In this document: positions 24,211 through 36,988 of the stretch, in pieces
How positions within the stretch are numbered: position 1 is the stretch's first letter
Layout: each line of letters opens with the position of its first letter
DNA from: Octopus bimaculoides
Lineage: Eukaryota
Length of the DNA: 46,422 nt
Reading direction: 5' to 3'
Assembly: GCF_001194135.2 (NCBI RefSeq)
Contig: NC_068985.1
Span: 12,429,026 to 12,475,447 of the forward strand
The notes under the pieces: generated by a model
The model's input: the letters and a program-made list of their open reading frames with translations, nothing else
Told to the model about the DNA's origin: nothing
The model's database searches: none
Translations under genes and position numbers: made by a program

Positions 24211-24253
24211 GATNNNNNNNNNNNNNNNNNNNNNNNNNNNNNNNNNNNNNNNN

Positions 24254-24309
<56 letters not shown>

Positions 24310-24413
24310 TCTCACGTCCGTTGTACCATATACTATCGTTTTATACTATCGTATATCATTTTAGTCAGAAGGGAAAGTCAGTACCTATGGCCTTGTAATA
24401 TTTCTTATTACTT

Positions 24414-24608
24414 AAGACGGTGAGCCGGCCGAATCGTTAACACGCCGGGAAAAATGCTTTGCGGCATTTCGTCCGGCTTTACGTTTAGAGTTCAAATTGC
24501 GCTGAGGTAGAATTTGCCTTTTATCCTTTCGGGGGCGATTAAATAAGTTCCAGTTACATACTGGGGTCGATCTAATCGCTTAGCCCCTCCCTTTGAAACC
24601 AAAATTTC
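24414..24608 (+). mobile_element. Main SINE family copy (tail type A)
   Basis: aagacggtgagccggccgaatcgttaacacgccggg...gagttcaaatt...ctggggtcgatctaatcg...ccaaaatttc. Confidence 0.9.
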
Positions 24609-25029
24609 TTATACACGGATGCTACTGAGAAAACTTGAGAGATTTCACGCAAACCGGGAACCACGTTATGCTGCTTTCTTCAAAGTTTTATATCAAATAC
24701 AATCACTAAATCCCAGGTGCTGATCTGAAATTGCACCACAACCGAAGAATGAAGAAAAGTAAACGTTAGATGCTATACCGATGCTCGTTGTCCCGCTAAT
24801 CCCGCTAATCTACTACTTTGGGTTGATAAATAATTATTAGTATCAAAATGGCCATTAGTTCTTAGGCAACAGAAAAGCAGAAAGAGTGTCAGGTATTATT
24901 GCAAGGTTGCTGAAATTTGCCAGGAAAGTATGCGTTAAATTTCATGTTCAACAATAAACCAAGCAGTATAAGTATCATATTTGCGTCGCAGTGTAATCCT
25001 CATCTACTACAAGTGCATATCGTATGAAT

Positions 25030-26400
25030 TGGAAAGAAGTAACCAGAGATGAATCAATCTAATAGACCAAGTAACGAAACGATTAAGGACTAGGAGGAAA
25101 AAATCAAATACGGAGAGAGTATGATTAGATTAGATTATGTTCTGATTTGTGATACATGGTAGTACAACTGCTGCGCTCGTCAGAGACAGTCAGATGCAAG
25201 TAAAATTTTTATCTTAAACTATATGGAAAATGCTTTTGCCGGGAAACCACTCCCGGTTGTCAGGTGGTCTTTAAGAGAAGAAGGGTAGGTGGATAGATCT
25301 TCAGGACGATGGGCGTCATGTACAGGAATGTGGTTAGCAACAAAATTACCAGTGAGCAATTTAGTGTGCAATTAGATATTGACGTGGTTTTCAACTCCAT
25401 TCCGTTCATGATATTTCCTCGCTTTATAATAGGGGAGCTGAAGTTAGAATTCGGCGGAAACTCTTTTATACTAATGACATATTCATTGCAGCAAAGTCAT
25501 TAAAATACTCAGAGAAGAAATTAAATATGCAGAAGCAAGAAATAGGGTCAAACGTTTTTAGGGTAATCTTCAGGAAGCATGCAAATTTAGTAAATATTAC
25601 AGTTATATGATAGGTGATATGACACTACTGCGCTTACAGAAATGGCCGCGCTTGATATGCGGAATAGGGGTTTGTAGGATCTGCATACGGTGTACATGCT
25701 ATGATCTATGGGTGTTGGGGAGATATAGTGGTTTTACAGGCTGGTTATCGTTAAATAAAACTTTGTATGTGGCAGATATGCAGGAGTGGATAACAATCAA
25801 TGCTGGAGTAGCCTAAATTTTATTCTTTTCTTTACAAGCGAAATTTTATATGCAATATTTGTTAGCTTCTGTTAGCTGGCCAGTATACGCAGCTGAGGAG
25901 GAGGAGAAGGAGGAGGTGCAGAAGGGGAGGAGGAGAGGAGGAGGACGACGACGACGACGAGAAGCAGCAGCAGCAGCAGGAAGAGTTCTGTATAATAGTG
26001 AGAAAAAGTCATAGAAATATATCTTCTAATGACAAGTGCAATGTTTCTTCCACTGTATGTTAGGCTGTATATGATAGCGTTCGGAATCTGATGTTGCTTG
26101 ATTGTAATACGTAGGCATTGAAAGCCAAAAATCTATGAAATGAGAAGAGAATCAAACAAATATGCTCCATTGGATATATAACGTCATTATGCCGGAAAAA
26201 TAATATACAGGTGAGGTGAGTGATAATTAGGCTTAGAAAAGAATTGCAGTTTGTGAGAATGAAGATGGCATTTGTTCAGATTTGTGATGTATATGAAGGA
26301 TAATAGAGAGTAATATAGGATACGCCAGAGAAAGGCTTGCGGAACTGGAACACCTAGGAAGATTATGACAAAGCTATTTAAAGCTCAGTTTGTACAACAC
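25030..26400 (+). mobile_element. Heavily degenerate RTE-clade LINE (RT region to C-terminus)
   Basis: Fragments IDQVTK, GSTTAA, WSLR...VMYRNVVS, LFYTNDIFIAAKSL (YADD-equivalent), FRVIFRK, a Cys-rich segment and NMLHWIYNV occur in the order expected for an RTE ORF. Many indels and stops. Confidence 0.7.
25893..25983. repeat. (GAG)/(GAC)/(CAG) trinucleotide microsatellite inside the RTE remnant
   Basis: Direct reading. Confidence 0.9.
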
Positions 26401-28511
26401 CACGAATGACGCGACTTGGTGTTTAAAATATAACGTCAAACCAACGTAGGCAAAATACTCCGACGGAAATACTCCGACGGACAAGTGATAATTATATATG
26501 TGCACATATATTGTTGATGCATTATCCATGTAAACACACAGGCATATAAAGTCTTTAAATATAGCATGCAACATTGGGACTAATACAACAAAATTCAAAC
26601 AATAAAAGAAATATTTTAACTCCATACTTTTCTTTTATGATAAAATACATGAATTTGTTATTGTAACTATAGACGAAGAGGTATGTTATGAGGAAACTAG
26701 TAATATAACGACGGAATATCCAGCTGTAATTTACCATAGCGTTTTTTTTAACTTCATGTGGCACACTGACACATACATTTCTCATATACACCTACACACA
26801 TCGACATATAACACAAAATAATTGGCAGATATTCTCGCTGATAACAATGTCTTTTGAAGATCAGCCTATTATGGAGGTTAATGCAACAATAACTGAATTA
26901 AGGCGACTCACGAACCGGAAAACATGTACAAAACAAAATTGAACTATTCAGTTAGTAAACCAGATTTCGAGTATTAACATGCTATTTTCTTTGAAGACAA
27001 CTATTCTACCATAACGAATTCACTTTGTTTCTATGAGCATTATTTTAGTTATCAGAAGAAAACTTCAAACGTAACAAACTGTTATTGTTTTACCGAAATG
27101 AGTTCAGAATATAGAAAACAATTACTAAAAATAATTTTCAAGAAATGGAACTTCACAATGTTACAACTAGAAGCAGCTGCATTCTTAGGTGTTAACTGAT
27201 GTGTTAACTGAACAACTATATTAGAGACTTATTGTGTGGGTTTCTTCTCCATGTTACTCCGTAGAGGCAGGATTCATTGTGCTATATGTATGTATATTTG
27301 TTAAACTCACAGCGTATAGTAATAATTAGTTTATAGATCCATTTCTTCACACTACTTTTCCTTGTTTTCTGTCTTTTGATAAACTAGAGAAGCTTTTGTT
27401 GAAATTAATTCATATAAAAGAATGACAATATTTATATTAATATGCGGTATCTTGGTGTGTAGGTTTAAGTGTATTATATCATCGTACAACTAAATCTTCC
27501 TCGAGAATCATAGCCTGTTAAGGATACGGATGTAGATCTTTTATTATTCTTATTTTTTTCCTGATATGCGTTGGAGTCATTGGACTGCAGTTATTCTCGT
27601 GCATAACCTTCGAAATATTTCTTCGATAATATCGTTCGTAGTAGTTATTTTGGTTTGGTATGCGTTGTATCGCATTCGGAAGAAGCTGACGTAGGGGGAA
27701 GTCCTTGATAGGATGTCAAAAGAAAATAATTACCAAAAAACACTGAATCGATATCATTAAGACCGTTAGCAGGTGTCAAGTGATAGCTGAAATTTCAAAC
27801 ATATTACAAAACATTCGAAAATATTAAATATAATGCAGTGTGCCAAATACGCAGAAGAGATGGAAGATCTGCAAGGCTGTCTAATTTGGGAAAAGAATAA
27901 ACTCAACATCTGTGGACTGATAGGCAGAATCAGATTTCCTCGAAAATTTACGAATGAACTGACACCAATTATGATACTCTTCAAATATGTAACGTTCCTA
28001 TGATTTCTCCAAATTCTAGATATCAACCCCGCCCACCAGGGGTGATATACTATGTTACAATGGGATATTCAGTGCGGTGTAATTGTAAAAGGACTCAGTG
28101 CATTAAGTTCTCACTTGGATTCCGATGTGTATCGTTATATATCCATTATCCAATCGCATAGTTTCCTTAAATAAGTTCTACATATATTTATTTATTTATT
28201 TATTTATTTATTATTCTATCTAGGCTACAAATAGCTCTCTCTGCAAAATGTTGGATAGAAACAACCATTTACAGGTTTAAGTATTAGAAATATATATATA
28301 TTCTCCGATTTGAAGTGACAATTTTTAAATAAAAGCTAAAGACAGAAAAATGATGCGCCCCTTGCGCATCCGATTGGGTCAAATGCTTACTCATCAATTT
28401 CAGCCAAATTTAATGAATATATACTTAAACTATGGGTTCGATTCTGGCTAGGGTTAGCTTATCATTTTTCGGTCATTTGTTTGTAATTTAAATTTGTGCC
28501 TGCAACAAGGA

Positions 28512-28544
<33 letters not shown>

Positions 28545-30569
28545 NNNNNNNNNNNNNNNNNNNNNNNNNNNNNNNNNNNNNNNNNNNNNNNNNNNNNNNN
28601 NNNNNNNNNNNNNNNNNNNNNNNNNNNNNNNNNNNNNNNNNNNNNNNNNNNNNNNNNNNNNNNNNNNNNNNNNNNNNNNNNNNNNNNNNNNNNNNNNNNN
28701 NNNNNNNNNNNNNNNNNNNNNNNNNNNNNNNNNNNNNNNNNNNNNNNNNNNNNNNNNNNNNNNNNNNNNNNNNNNNNNNNNNNNNNNNNNNNNNNNNNNN
28801 NNNNNNNNNNNNNNNNNNNNNNNNNNNNNNNNNNNNNNNNNNNNNNNNNNNNNNNNNNNNNNNNNNNNNNNNNNNNNNNNNNNNNNNNNNNNNNNNNNNN
28901 NNNNNNNNNNNNNNNNNNNNNNNNNNNNNNNNNNNNNNNNNNNNNNNNNNNNNNNNNNNNNNNNNNNNNNNNNNNNNNNNNNNNNNNNNNNNNNNNNNNN
29001 NNNNNNNNNNNNNNNNNNNNNNNNNNNNNNNNNNNNNNNNNNNNNNNNNNNNNNNNNNNNNNNNNNNNNNNNNNNNNNNNNNNNNNNNNNNNNNNNNNNN
29101 NNNNNNNNAAAATGGCTAAACAATAATTAATTTAGATAAGATACGAAACAGAGTGTGACGTGGAGGAATGAAAATAGATGTGAGGTATGCAGGGATATTG
29201 CATTTGTAGATCAATTATTTAGGCAGAATGGTATACATATAAGATTCCAATACCTTGTGAGTAAAATACAATAAAAATTGGTAATTCCGAGTATAACGTT
29301 TGTACATAGTGCTATTGAATCAAGGGTTTTATTTAAAGTGACCTAAAACGAGGGAATGTATTTGTAAGGTCAAATCGAAAACAGGAAGAGAGGAATAAAG
29401 AAAAGTGTAAAAAAAAATAGAAGAAAGTGAGAAGTAAAAAGAAAAAAACCAGGAAGAGGAATAAAGAAAAGAGAGAAAAAAGAACAAAGGAAAGCAAAGA
29501 GACAGATAATAAGGGAAAGTGTACCAATTAGTGGTCAGTCAAGATAATTTGAAAGTAGGAACGGGGAGAGGAGGATGATAGAGAGAGAAAGGTATTAGAG
29601 TGCAAAAAGATAGAAGGAATGGGAGGTGATAGAGAGAGAGGTATAAACAGTAATGGAGTGTCAGTTATGTAGCGATAGTGTTTAAGTGATGGGCAGAGAG
29701 AGGGGTAGTAGTATGGAATGATGAATTTAGGAATATAGATTAGGTGGTTGGACAGGTCATTGTTTAGTAGTAGAAGAAAAAATATATATGTGAAGATGTA
29801 TACATATGTATAAGTTAGGCATGTATATATATATTTATACACACGTTTATATATATCACACGTTTATATATATCAATATCTACATAAACAACGTGTATCT
29901 GTATGTAACGTCGTCCCGGTATACGCGGATATACATACCGTGCATACATATATACATTCAGAGACATAAACACATACATACATACATACACGCATACATA
30001 CAAATACATACACACGAACATATGCATGCACGCATATACACACGAATATAATTAGATGGTTGTGATATTCGAGTATGAGTGAGGAATTAGATAGGGATTA
30101 AGAGTTAAAATGCAGAATTATAAGGTTATTGGGATTACCTAAGGGCTATTGCGGAAATACTCTGTCCAGATACACAATAGTAAACATTACAGAGCTATCC
30201 TTGGCTTGTGATTCCTTGTACGGTCAAGGAACCACGTAAATGAGAATCAAATTACATAAATGCACAATGAAGCCTGCTGCTATATATTTCGTCTGTAGAC
30301 ACAACTTAAAACTGATAAAAACCATATTCTTTTCGATTACTATCTGTTGTAACCTGACTTTCAATATACTTACTCCCAACTTTCGACCGATTACCCTATG
30401 TTTATGCATCAATTATTTCTGCTAAATATTAGATTTACACAATCGAAACTTATATAACAAAAATACAATATTTTTAATTCTCAACTGAAACAATTCATTT
30501 CATTTCACATCAATGTTTAGTTATCTATTTCCATATTTCTGTACATTACGTTTCCGTTTCTCCACCATT

Positions 30570-30775
30570 CTTTCAGCTCTACCCATCTCTCTTTCTCTCT
30601 CAAGCTTTCAATCGCTCCCTCTCTTTATTTCTGTCTCTTCTCTCCCTCTCTCTCTTTCTATCTCTTCTCTCCCTCTCTCTCTTTCTGTCTCTCTCTCTTT
30701 CTGTCTCTTCTCTTCCTCTCTCTTTTTCTCTGCCTGTCTGTCTCTCTCTGTCTCTCTCTCTCTCTCTTTGTCTTT
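30570..30775. repeat. Degenerate (CT)n polypyrimidine tract
   Basis: Direct reading. Confidence 0.9.
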
Positions 30776-31434
30776 CTTAATCGTCACCATTCTGATTACA
30801 CGTAGCGTAGCATTTTCGATAATATTTAATATGGGATTGTAATTATAGACATAAAGTTAATGTTCATTTAATCAAAATATACGTTATGACATTTTTCCAA
30901 GAAATAGACTGTTAAACCACGCCTACATTAAGAAGATTGAGCAGTATAGAAGATGATTAAAGAGACACAATGCAAAACGCTGATGTCTATGAATATATTC
31001 CTTTGTAAAAATGGAAATGAATACACAAATATAGTAAGTGATTCTCCCGCTAATGTAAATTTTGTCTCACATATATGCACACGTACATATATATATATAT
31101 ATATANNNNNNNNNNNNNNNNNNNNNNNNNNNNNNNNNNNNNNNNNNNNNNNNNNNNNNNNNNNNNNNNNNNNNNNNNNNNNNNNNNNNNNNNNNNNNNN
31201 NNNNNNNNNNNNNNNNNNNNNNNNNNNNNNNNNNNNNNNNNNNNNNNNNNNNNNNNNNNNNNNNNNNNNNNNNNNNNNNNNNNNNNNNNNNNNNNNNNNN
31301 NNNNNNNNNNNNNNNNNNNNNNNNNNNNNNNNNNNNNNNNNNNNNNNNNNNNNNNNNNNNNNNNNNNNNNNNNNNNNNNNNNNNNNNNNNNNNNNNNNNN
31401 NNNNNNNNNNNNNNNNNNNNNNNNNNNNNNNNNN

Positions 31435-31476
<42 letters not shown>

Positions 31477-31508
31477 TGTGTGTGTGTGCGTGTGTGTGTG
31501 TATGTATG

Positions 31509-31556
<48 letters not shown>

Positions 31557-31572
31557 ATATGTATGTATGTAT
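31435..31572. repeat. (TG)n microsatellite
   Basis: Direct reading, adjacent to a gap. Confidence 0.95.
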
Positions 31573-34500
31573 GAGGTATGATTAAGAGTTGAACATGCTG
31601 GAAATATGTTTGCTGAGTAATTACAAGTCGAGACAGAATTGGAAAAAAATGGTATTATTTATACATCATTACACATGTTTGATTTGCTAAGAGGGCTTAC
31701 AAAATTCTACATGTAGAAAAAATATGTAAGACATATTATTTGAAATTAATCAGACAGAGAATCCAACAAAATTATTCGAAAGATGTAGATAGAGGAGATG
31801 TCGTACATGATTCTCCTACAGGTTACACATTTATAATTCCTCTTAGGCAATAAAACAACTATAATGGTGAATACAAAATATCAATTTTTATCACTTTCTG
31901 AATGTTAAATTTTACCTTCATGATATTGCTTGCTGCTATATTTTGTTTGTAATTAGAGACCGTTCATTATACCAACAATATTAAATTAAAAGCACTAAAT
32001 TGCAGCAAATCATTGTTTCAGGTAAAATAAAAACTAGTCATGAAAAATGCTTTGTTTTCAAGGAGATATTTGCTAGTTCCGTTACTTAGTACTGATATTG
32101 TCGTCTTTGTATAAACGTGCTGTTTAAAGTTAATTTCCAGAATTAATATTAGTGAAAAGCAATCCCTCGTAACTTAATATTCACTTTATTTAGTTTGGTA
32201 AAAATTTGTTTGAAGTGACACAGTTATTATTTTTCAAAGTAATTCAAATACTTGCGTTTATTGTTCATTTAAGAAAGGAGAAAAGTCGCTTTCCGATTTC
32301 TTATTCTTGAGAATTTCCCTGGCTTACCCAATGTGCATGGATCTAATACAGTCAAACTTAACGTATTATCCAACAAACTTTGTATTTTTTAAATTAAATC
32401 CATTGGGTGATTTCGGTTCCACAATTTCTGTACGACAAGTCATTTTGTTAAATCAGTTTTCTGTTTATCACTGTCATACATATTTACCAACCATAGCTTT
32501 CTTTAATCTTTCAACTGTCAGCCGTCTTTTAGTCAATGCGAAATACCTAATTCTAATAAACACCAGTAGTTTTGCTGTGCAGTATTTATCATTGATATTG
32601 CTTAGTGGTAGTGATTACTAAACGAACGATCTGTCATTCTTAAGTGGTTTCTATGGTAATCTTTTCCCGAAATAAGATACCTTGTTTTAAAAATCTGAAC
32701 AGGTCATTTGCGATGTTGCCGTTGTCAAATTTCTGATAACGTGTTTCCAAATTAACTGTTTTGTCCGAAATGTCTTTTAAAATTACACACCTTAATTCCG
32801 TCAAAACTATTCGCATTATAGAAACACTAATTTGTCATGTTGTTAAATGAATATTCTTCTCTTCATTCTTGTTTAATTAACGAAATTTATGTTTTCTCTT
32901 TTTGTGTATTTGCCGCTCATATTTTGAGCTTAAGTTGTGAATTATTTCCAAAGAATTAAGACATGGACAGGCGCTGACATGTGTATGACAGCATTACTCT
33001 TGCTGGAACTCCTAAATCATATTGTATTTTCAACAAGTGTGATAGCGTCGCAAAACTGTCACGCATTTAAAATATTCAAGAGAATAACTTCCGACTAAAA
33101 TAATAGATATGGCGGCGCTCTAGCTGCGTTCATGTTGTAAATTTTCACTTCTGTAACAAACCCTATCCATTCCACTGGCAAAATCCAATGACAATAGAAT
33201 TTTGCTACACAAAAATATTTTAGTTCATAATACTTCAGAACGTTCTGAAGATTCTCCAAATAAACCAATACATTTTCTGCGCAATATCACAGTAGAGATA
33301 TGCTCTAAGAAATACGATGTGCGGCCTCTCTCACTACTGCTATATCATCCAGGATATTAACCCAGAAATTTTGAGTAATTTCACTTTAAATAATCATTTC
33401 AACAATATGTGAGGGCAGCACATGCATGTGTGTGATCGTATCGCAACTTAATAGATATGTATTCAATGCTCATATATGGCTGAGTCGAAATTTTTTAGTT
33501 TATTATAAGGTTATGTCGAAATATGTGCATTCTTTTTTCTTAGTGACTATTGAATTTGATGTCAATCTGAAATGATTAAACTAAATTATCCAAAATATTT
33601 AACACAATCACAGCAAACCAGTTAGCAGTTCAAAATTTGTAAGACAGAAACAGAATATCTGAACGGGTGGTTTGAAGTGTACTTCATTTCAAGTACGCTA
33701 TAATACCAATTGGAATCCTGAATTGTCGCAGCCATTAAAATGTTGTTATATTTTAATTCCATGGATAATAGTCACGACAACATAACAGGAAACATAATTA
33801 TATATATTTGCAAAAATCGTCTTATATTAGTCGAAAAAATATAAGATTGTGTTTGCAATATAAGACGTCTTTGGAATGAAAGTTTTATTTTGTCAATTGG
33901 AAACCATTATTTTGAGAAATCATTCCAGGTTATTCTGTGTGCAATTGAAATACGGAACCTTACGAACGATTTGACCATTAATTACAATTCGCCATTTAGA
34001 ATAAAAGCTATTATTTAAGGAGAATGTTTCATACGGAAATCATAAAAATGAATATTTGTCTGAGTACTCGGTATATATTTTATTCAAGTGTATTTTGTAA
34101 ATAGATCAAAATAATATGTTGGCATTAAATAGAAAAGCAGAATGGAAAATGAATTTATTTCTCTAGAAATGTTCTCGAAGTAATTAGAGGCTATTTTTAT
34201 CAGCTCAACTTCAACGAAGTGTGTCATTCTTCATCAGAACATATATTAAAATGCTTTTTCTTCATGAAGTCAATTACAACAATTTCAACATTTATATAAT
34301 GCTTAAAACGTCACACCAAAAAACATAAACGACGACATTTTTGACAACTTTTAAATCCCCGAAAGAAAGGAAAAAATGAAATTAAAAATATCTCCAATCA
34401 CACTTTATTTTACTTTCATTCCCAGTTGATTTTATTTTACGTGAAAAGAACATTGTATAATGCAGCAATATTTTTGATTACGTAGGGAAAAAAAATCTAA

Positions 34501-34899
34501 CAGAAGCTACATATATTTGTCGATTCTTTGAAAGTGTGCAAGAAATGCGAAACATATATGAAAATAGAGATTATAGCGAGTAACAAGTTAATCTGGAGAT
34601 GAACGAAATCGGGTACAATATACGTGCGTTTTCTTTTCACAGGATATGATAATAGACGGATAAAGAATTGATTAAAATTCAAATGTATTTGAGTTACACG
34701 TATCGTATAAGTAAATTCTAAAACGTATACTTGTATACAGAATATGGATCATATATTGGTAGCACTCGAAATATGCTTAAGATTGTCAAATAATCATGAG
34801 ATGTGTGATGTCAACCATAATGATTCCAGGTGTGAACGACGCGTAGAATTTATTTATAAACAATGGAAGTCACATCAAGAATAACGTCGTAGTACTCAC

Positions 34900-34997
34900 C
34901 AAAATGGTTCAGAAGAGAATATGTAGTTATTGGCCATAGTGAACAAAAGTAGAAATAACCACCAAACATTCCGAAATCCATAATCCGGAAGTGACAT
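34900..34997 (-). CDS. Candidate first coding exon encoding a signal-peptide-like N-terminus
   Basis: ATG at 34997 gives MSLPDYGFRNVWWLFLLLFTMANNYIFSSEPF, then a consensus donor TG|GTGAGT at 34900/34899 (phase 2). No downstream exons confirmed. Confidence 0.3.
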
Positions 34998-36780
34998 ATT
35001 CGATAAATTCATTTTGGGTATAGTAAGCCTGAATAAATAAGATAATTTTAAATATGAATGTTTCTCATCGCACATCTGCTCAATCGCAGATGATTTAAGG
35101 CAAAGAAGCATACATGAAGATCATACACATATATTGAATATTCTCTCACACCACACTCCATGTAAATAACATTCTGTGGTAATATAGAGTATAAATATGT
35201 AAAATATCTATTCTGCAATACTCCAATACACGAGAGGATAACATTGAAGCCATCATTCTAAAATCAGGAAAAACATCATAGATACATTATATACCAGCAA
35301 TGTCTTTGAAAACTATATTCTCATAGATATTGGGAATCTTCTAGCATTTTGCAATAAGCGATCGTCATACTAACAGTACACGATCGATTAGTTACAACTG
35401 TATATGCTTCACTTAACGAACAGCTAAACTACTGGAACAAATAGCCCAAATGTATTTTTAATCGTCTGGAGGAAATAAATCCATCATTATGAAACACTGT
35501 TTGCTCAAATGATAGAGCAGCTAAGCACAAATCACTTCACTGATTTTGACATTAAGTGAATTCTCACGGGTTTCAAGAAATTTGGATAATGCTTTCATAG
35601 TAATAGAGAGAAAGAGTATTAGGATTTCCAATTCGCTAAGTCACAGGACACATGTTCGTAGATACTAATGTCCCCTAAACTAAACCTAGAGTAGTCAGCA
35701 TAGTCTCGATATTTTCAAAGCTCAGTAGTAAAATTAACAAACATTTCAGAGATTAGGAATCTCGTTCAGTAAGTTTTACAGAAAAACGTATATTGTTATT
35801 TCAGGCAAACGTCGGCAGTTAATAATTCAGTGCAGCAGTATTTGAATATTAATTAAGGTAGAAGCGATCGCAACATCATCTTTGTGAAGGTTTATCACTG
35901 TCTGTCATTTCTAAGAAACGCTTGGAAAACGAGGTGGAAGATAAGTGACAGAAATATTCAGTCTTTTACATTCATATATGGAACACTATATCATAAACAG
36001 GGGCTCAAAAGAAAACAATAGCAAATAAGAATATTCCGTTAGATATGTCTAATTTTACATTCTAGGAAAATGTCATTTTTTCGTCTTTTTGTGTTGCAAC
36101 ATTTCAAACTGAATCTACGAATATTCGGTATTAAGTACTTTGCAGTACGCTAAGACTTGAATCTGAAACATAAAAGAAGCGAATAAAATAAGGGCAATGA
36201 TCCAGGGTAAATAAATTAGTTCTCTAGCGAACGAAAGAGTGTACCTCAAGAAAAATGCTTAAATGCTTTGACAACTAGAACATCTTTTCACATTACACGC
36301 GCGCGCGCGCGCGTGCGCACACACACATATCGTCGGTTTCAAAAATATTAACACTTAAGTACAAAATTCCGAATAACAACTGCCAAATCAGAGAGCAGAT
36401 CGAATCAGAGAGCGAACCGGAGAGCGGATCGAAATATGATAATTCTAGATGAAGTTCTGGTTGAGCGGAAATAACAGGTTAATCCTCTTCATAACTAACA
36501 GCATTTATTATCTTAAAAACGAAGCAGTGTATTGTACAACATAATTTCAGATAAATCAAAATATGTAATATTCATTTTTCATTGACGAGCTGTATTTGAT
36601 TATACTGTAATAAAGGCTTAATATAAAGACCAAAAACTGGTTGTACGTTAATTGTCATTGCAGATTATGTAACGTCAAATTAAAATATGTTTAAAATGTA
36701 TCTCTTAACTTCAGAATTAATATAAAAAAATAAATATAATCATATATATTTCCTGTATGGAATCAGGAATGGATTAAATA

Positions 36781-36988
36781 TTACTTTCTACAATAGGTGT
36801 ATGGCCTGAAATTTTGCGAGAGAACGCCAGGTAAGTGCATCCCTCTCATTGATTAAGTAGTATTTATTTTATCGATCCTGAATAGATAAAAGGTGAAGTT
36901 GAGGGAATTTGAACTCAGAGCGTTAAGACGGAAGAAACTACGTTAAGCGCATTCACCGGTGTGCTAGTGATTCTGCCAACTCGCAGCC
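36781..36988 (-). mobile_element. Main SINE family copy, diverged (tail type A)
   Basis: ttttatcgatcctgaa...gggaatttgaactcagagcgttaagacgg...ttctgccaactcgcagcc is the reverse complement of the family consensus seen in this window. Confidence 0.8.

Noticed and set aside
27734-27786. 53-nt minus-strand segment that would splice in phase to the 34900 donor
   Set aside because: Short open stretches with AG/GT ends are expected by chance in AT-rich DNA; no recognisable protein results.
28352-28370. Perfect 7-bp hairpin GATGCGC/GCGCATC
   Set aside because: Too short to be significant in 46 kb and has no associated terminator or element context.
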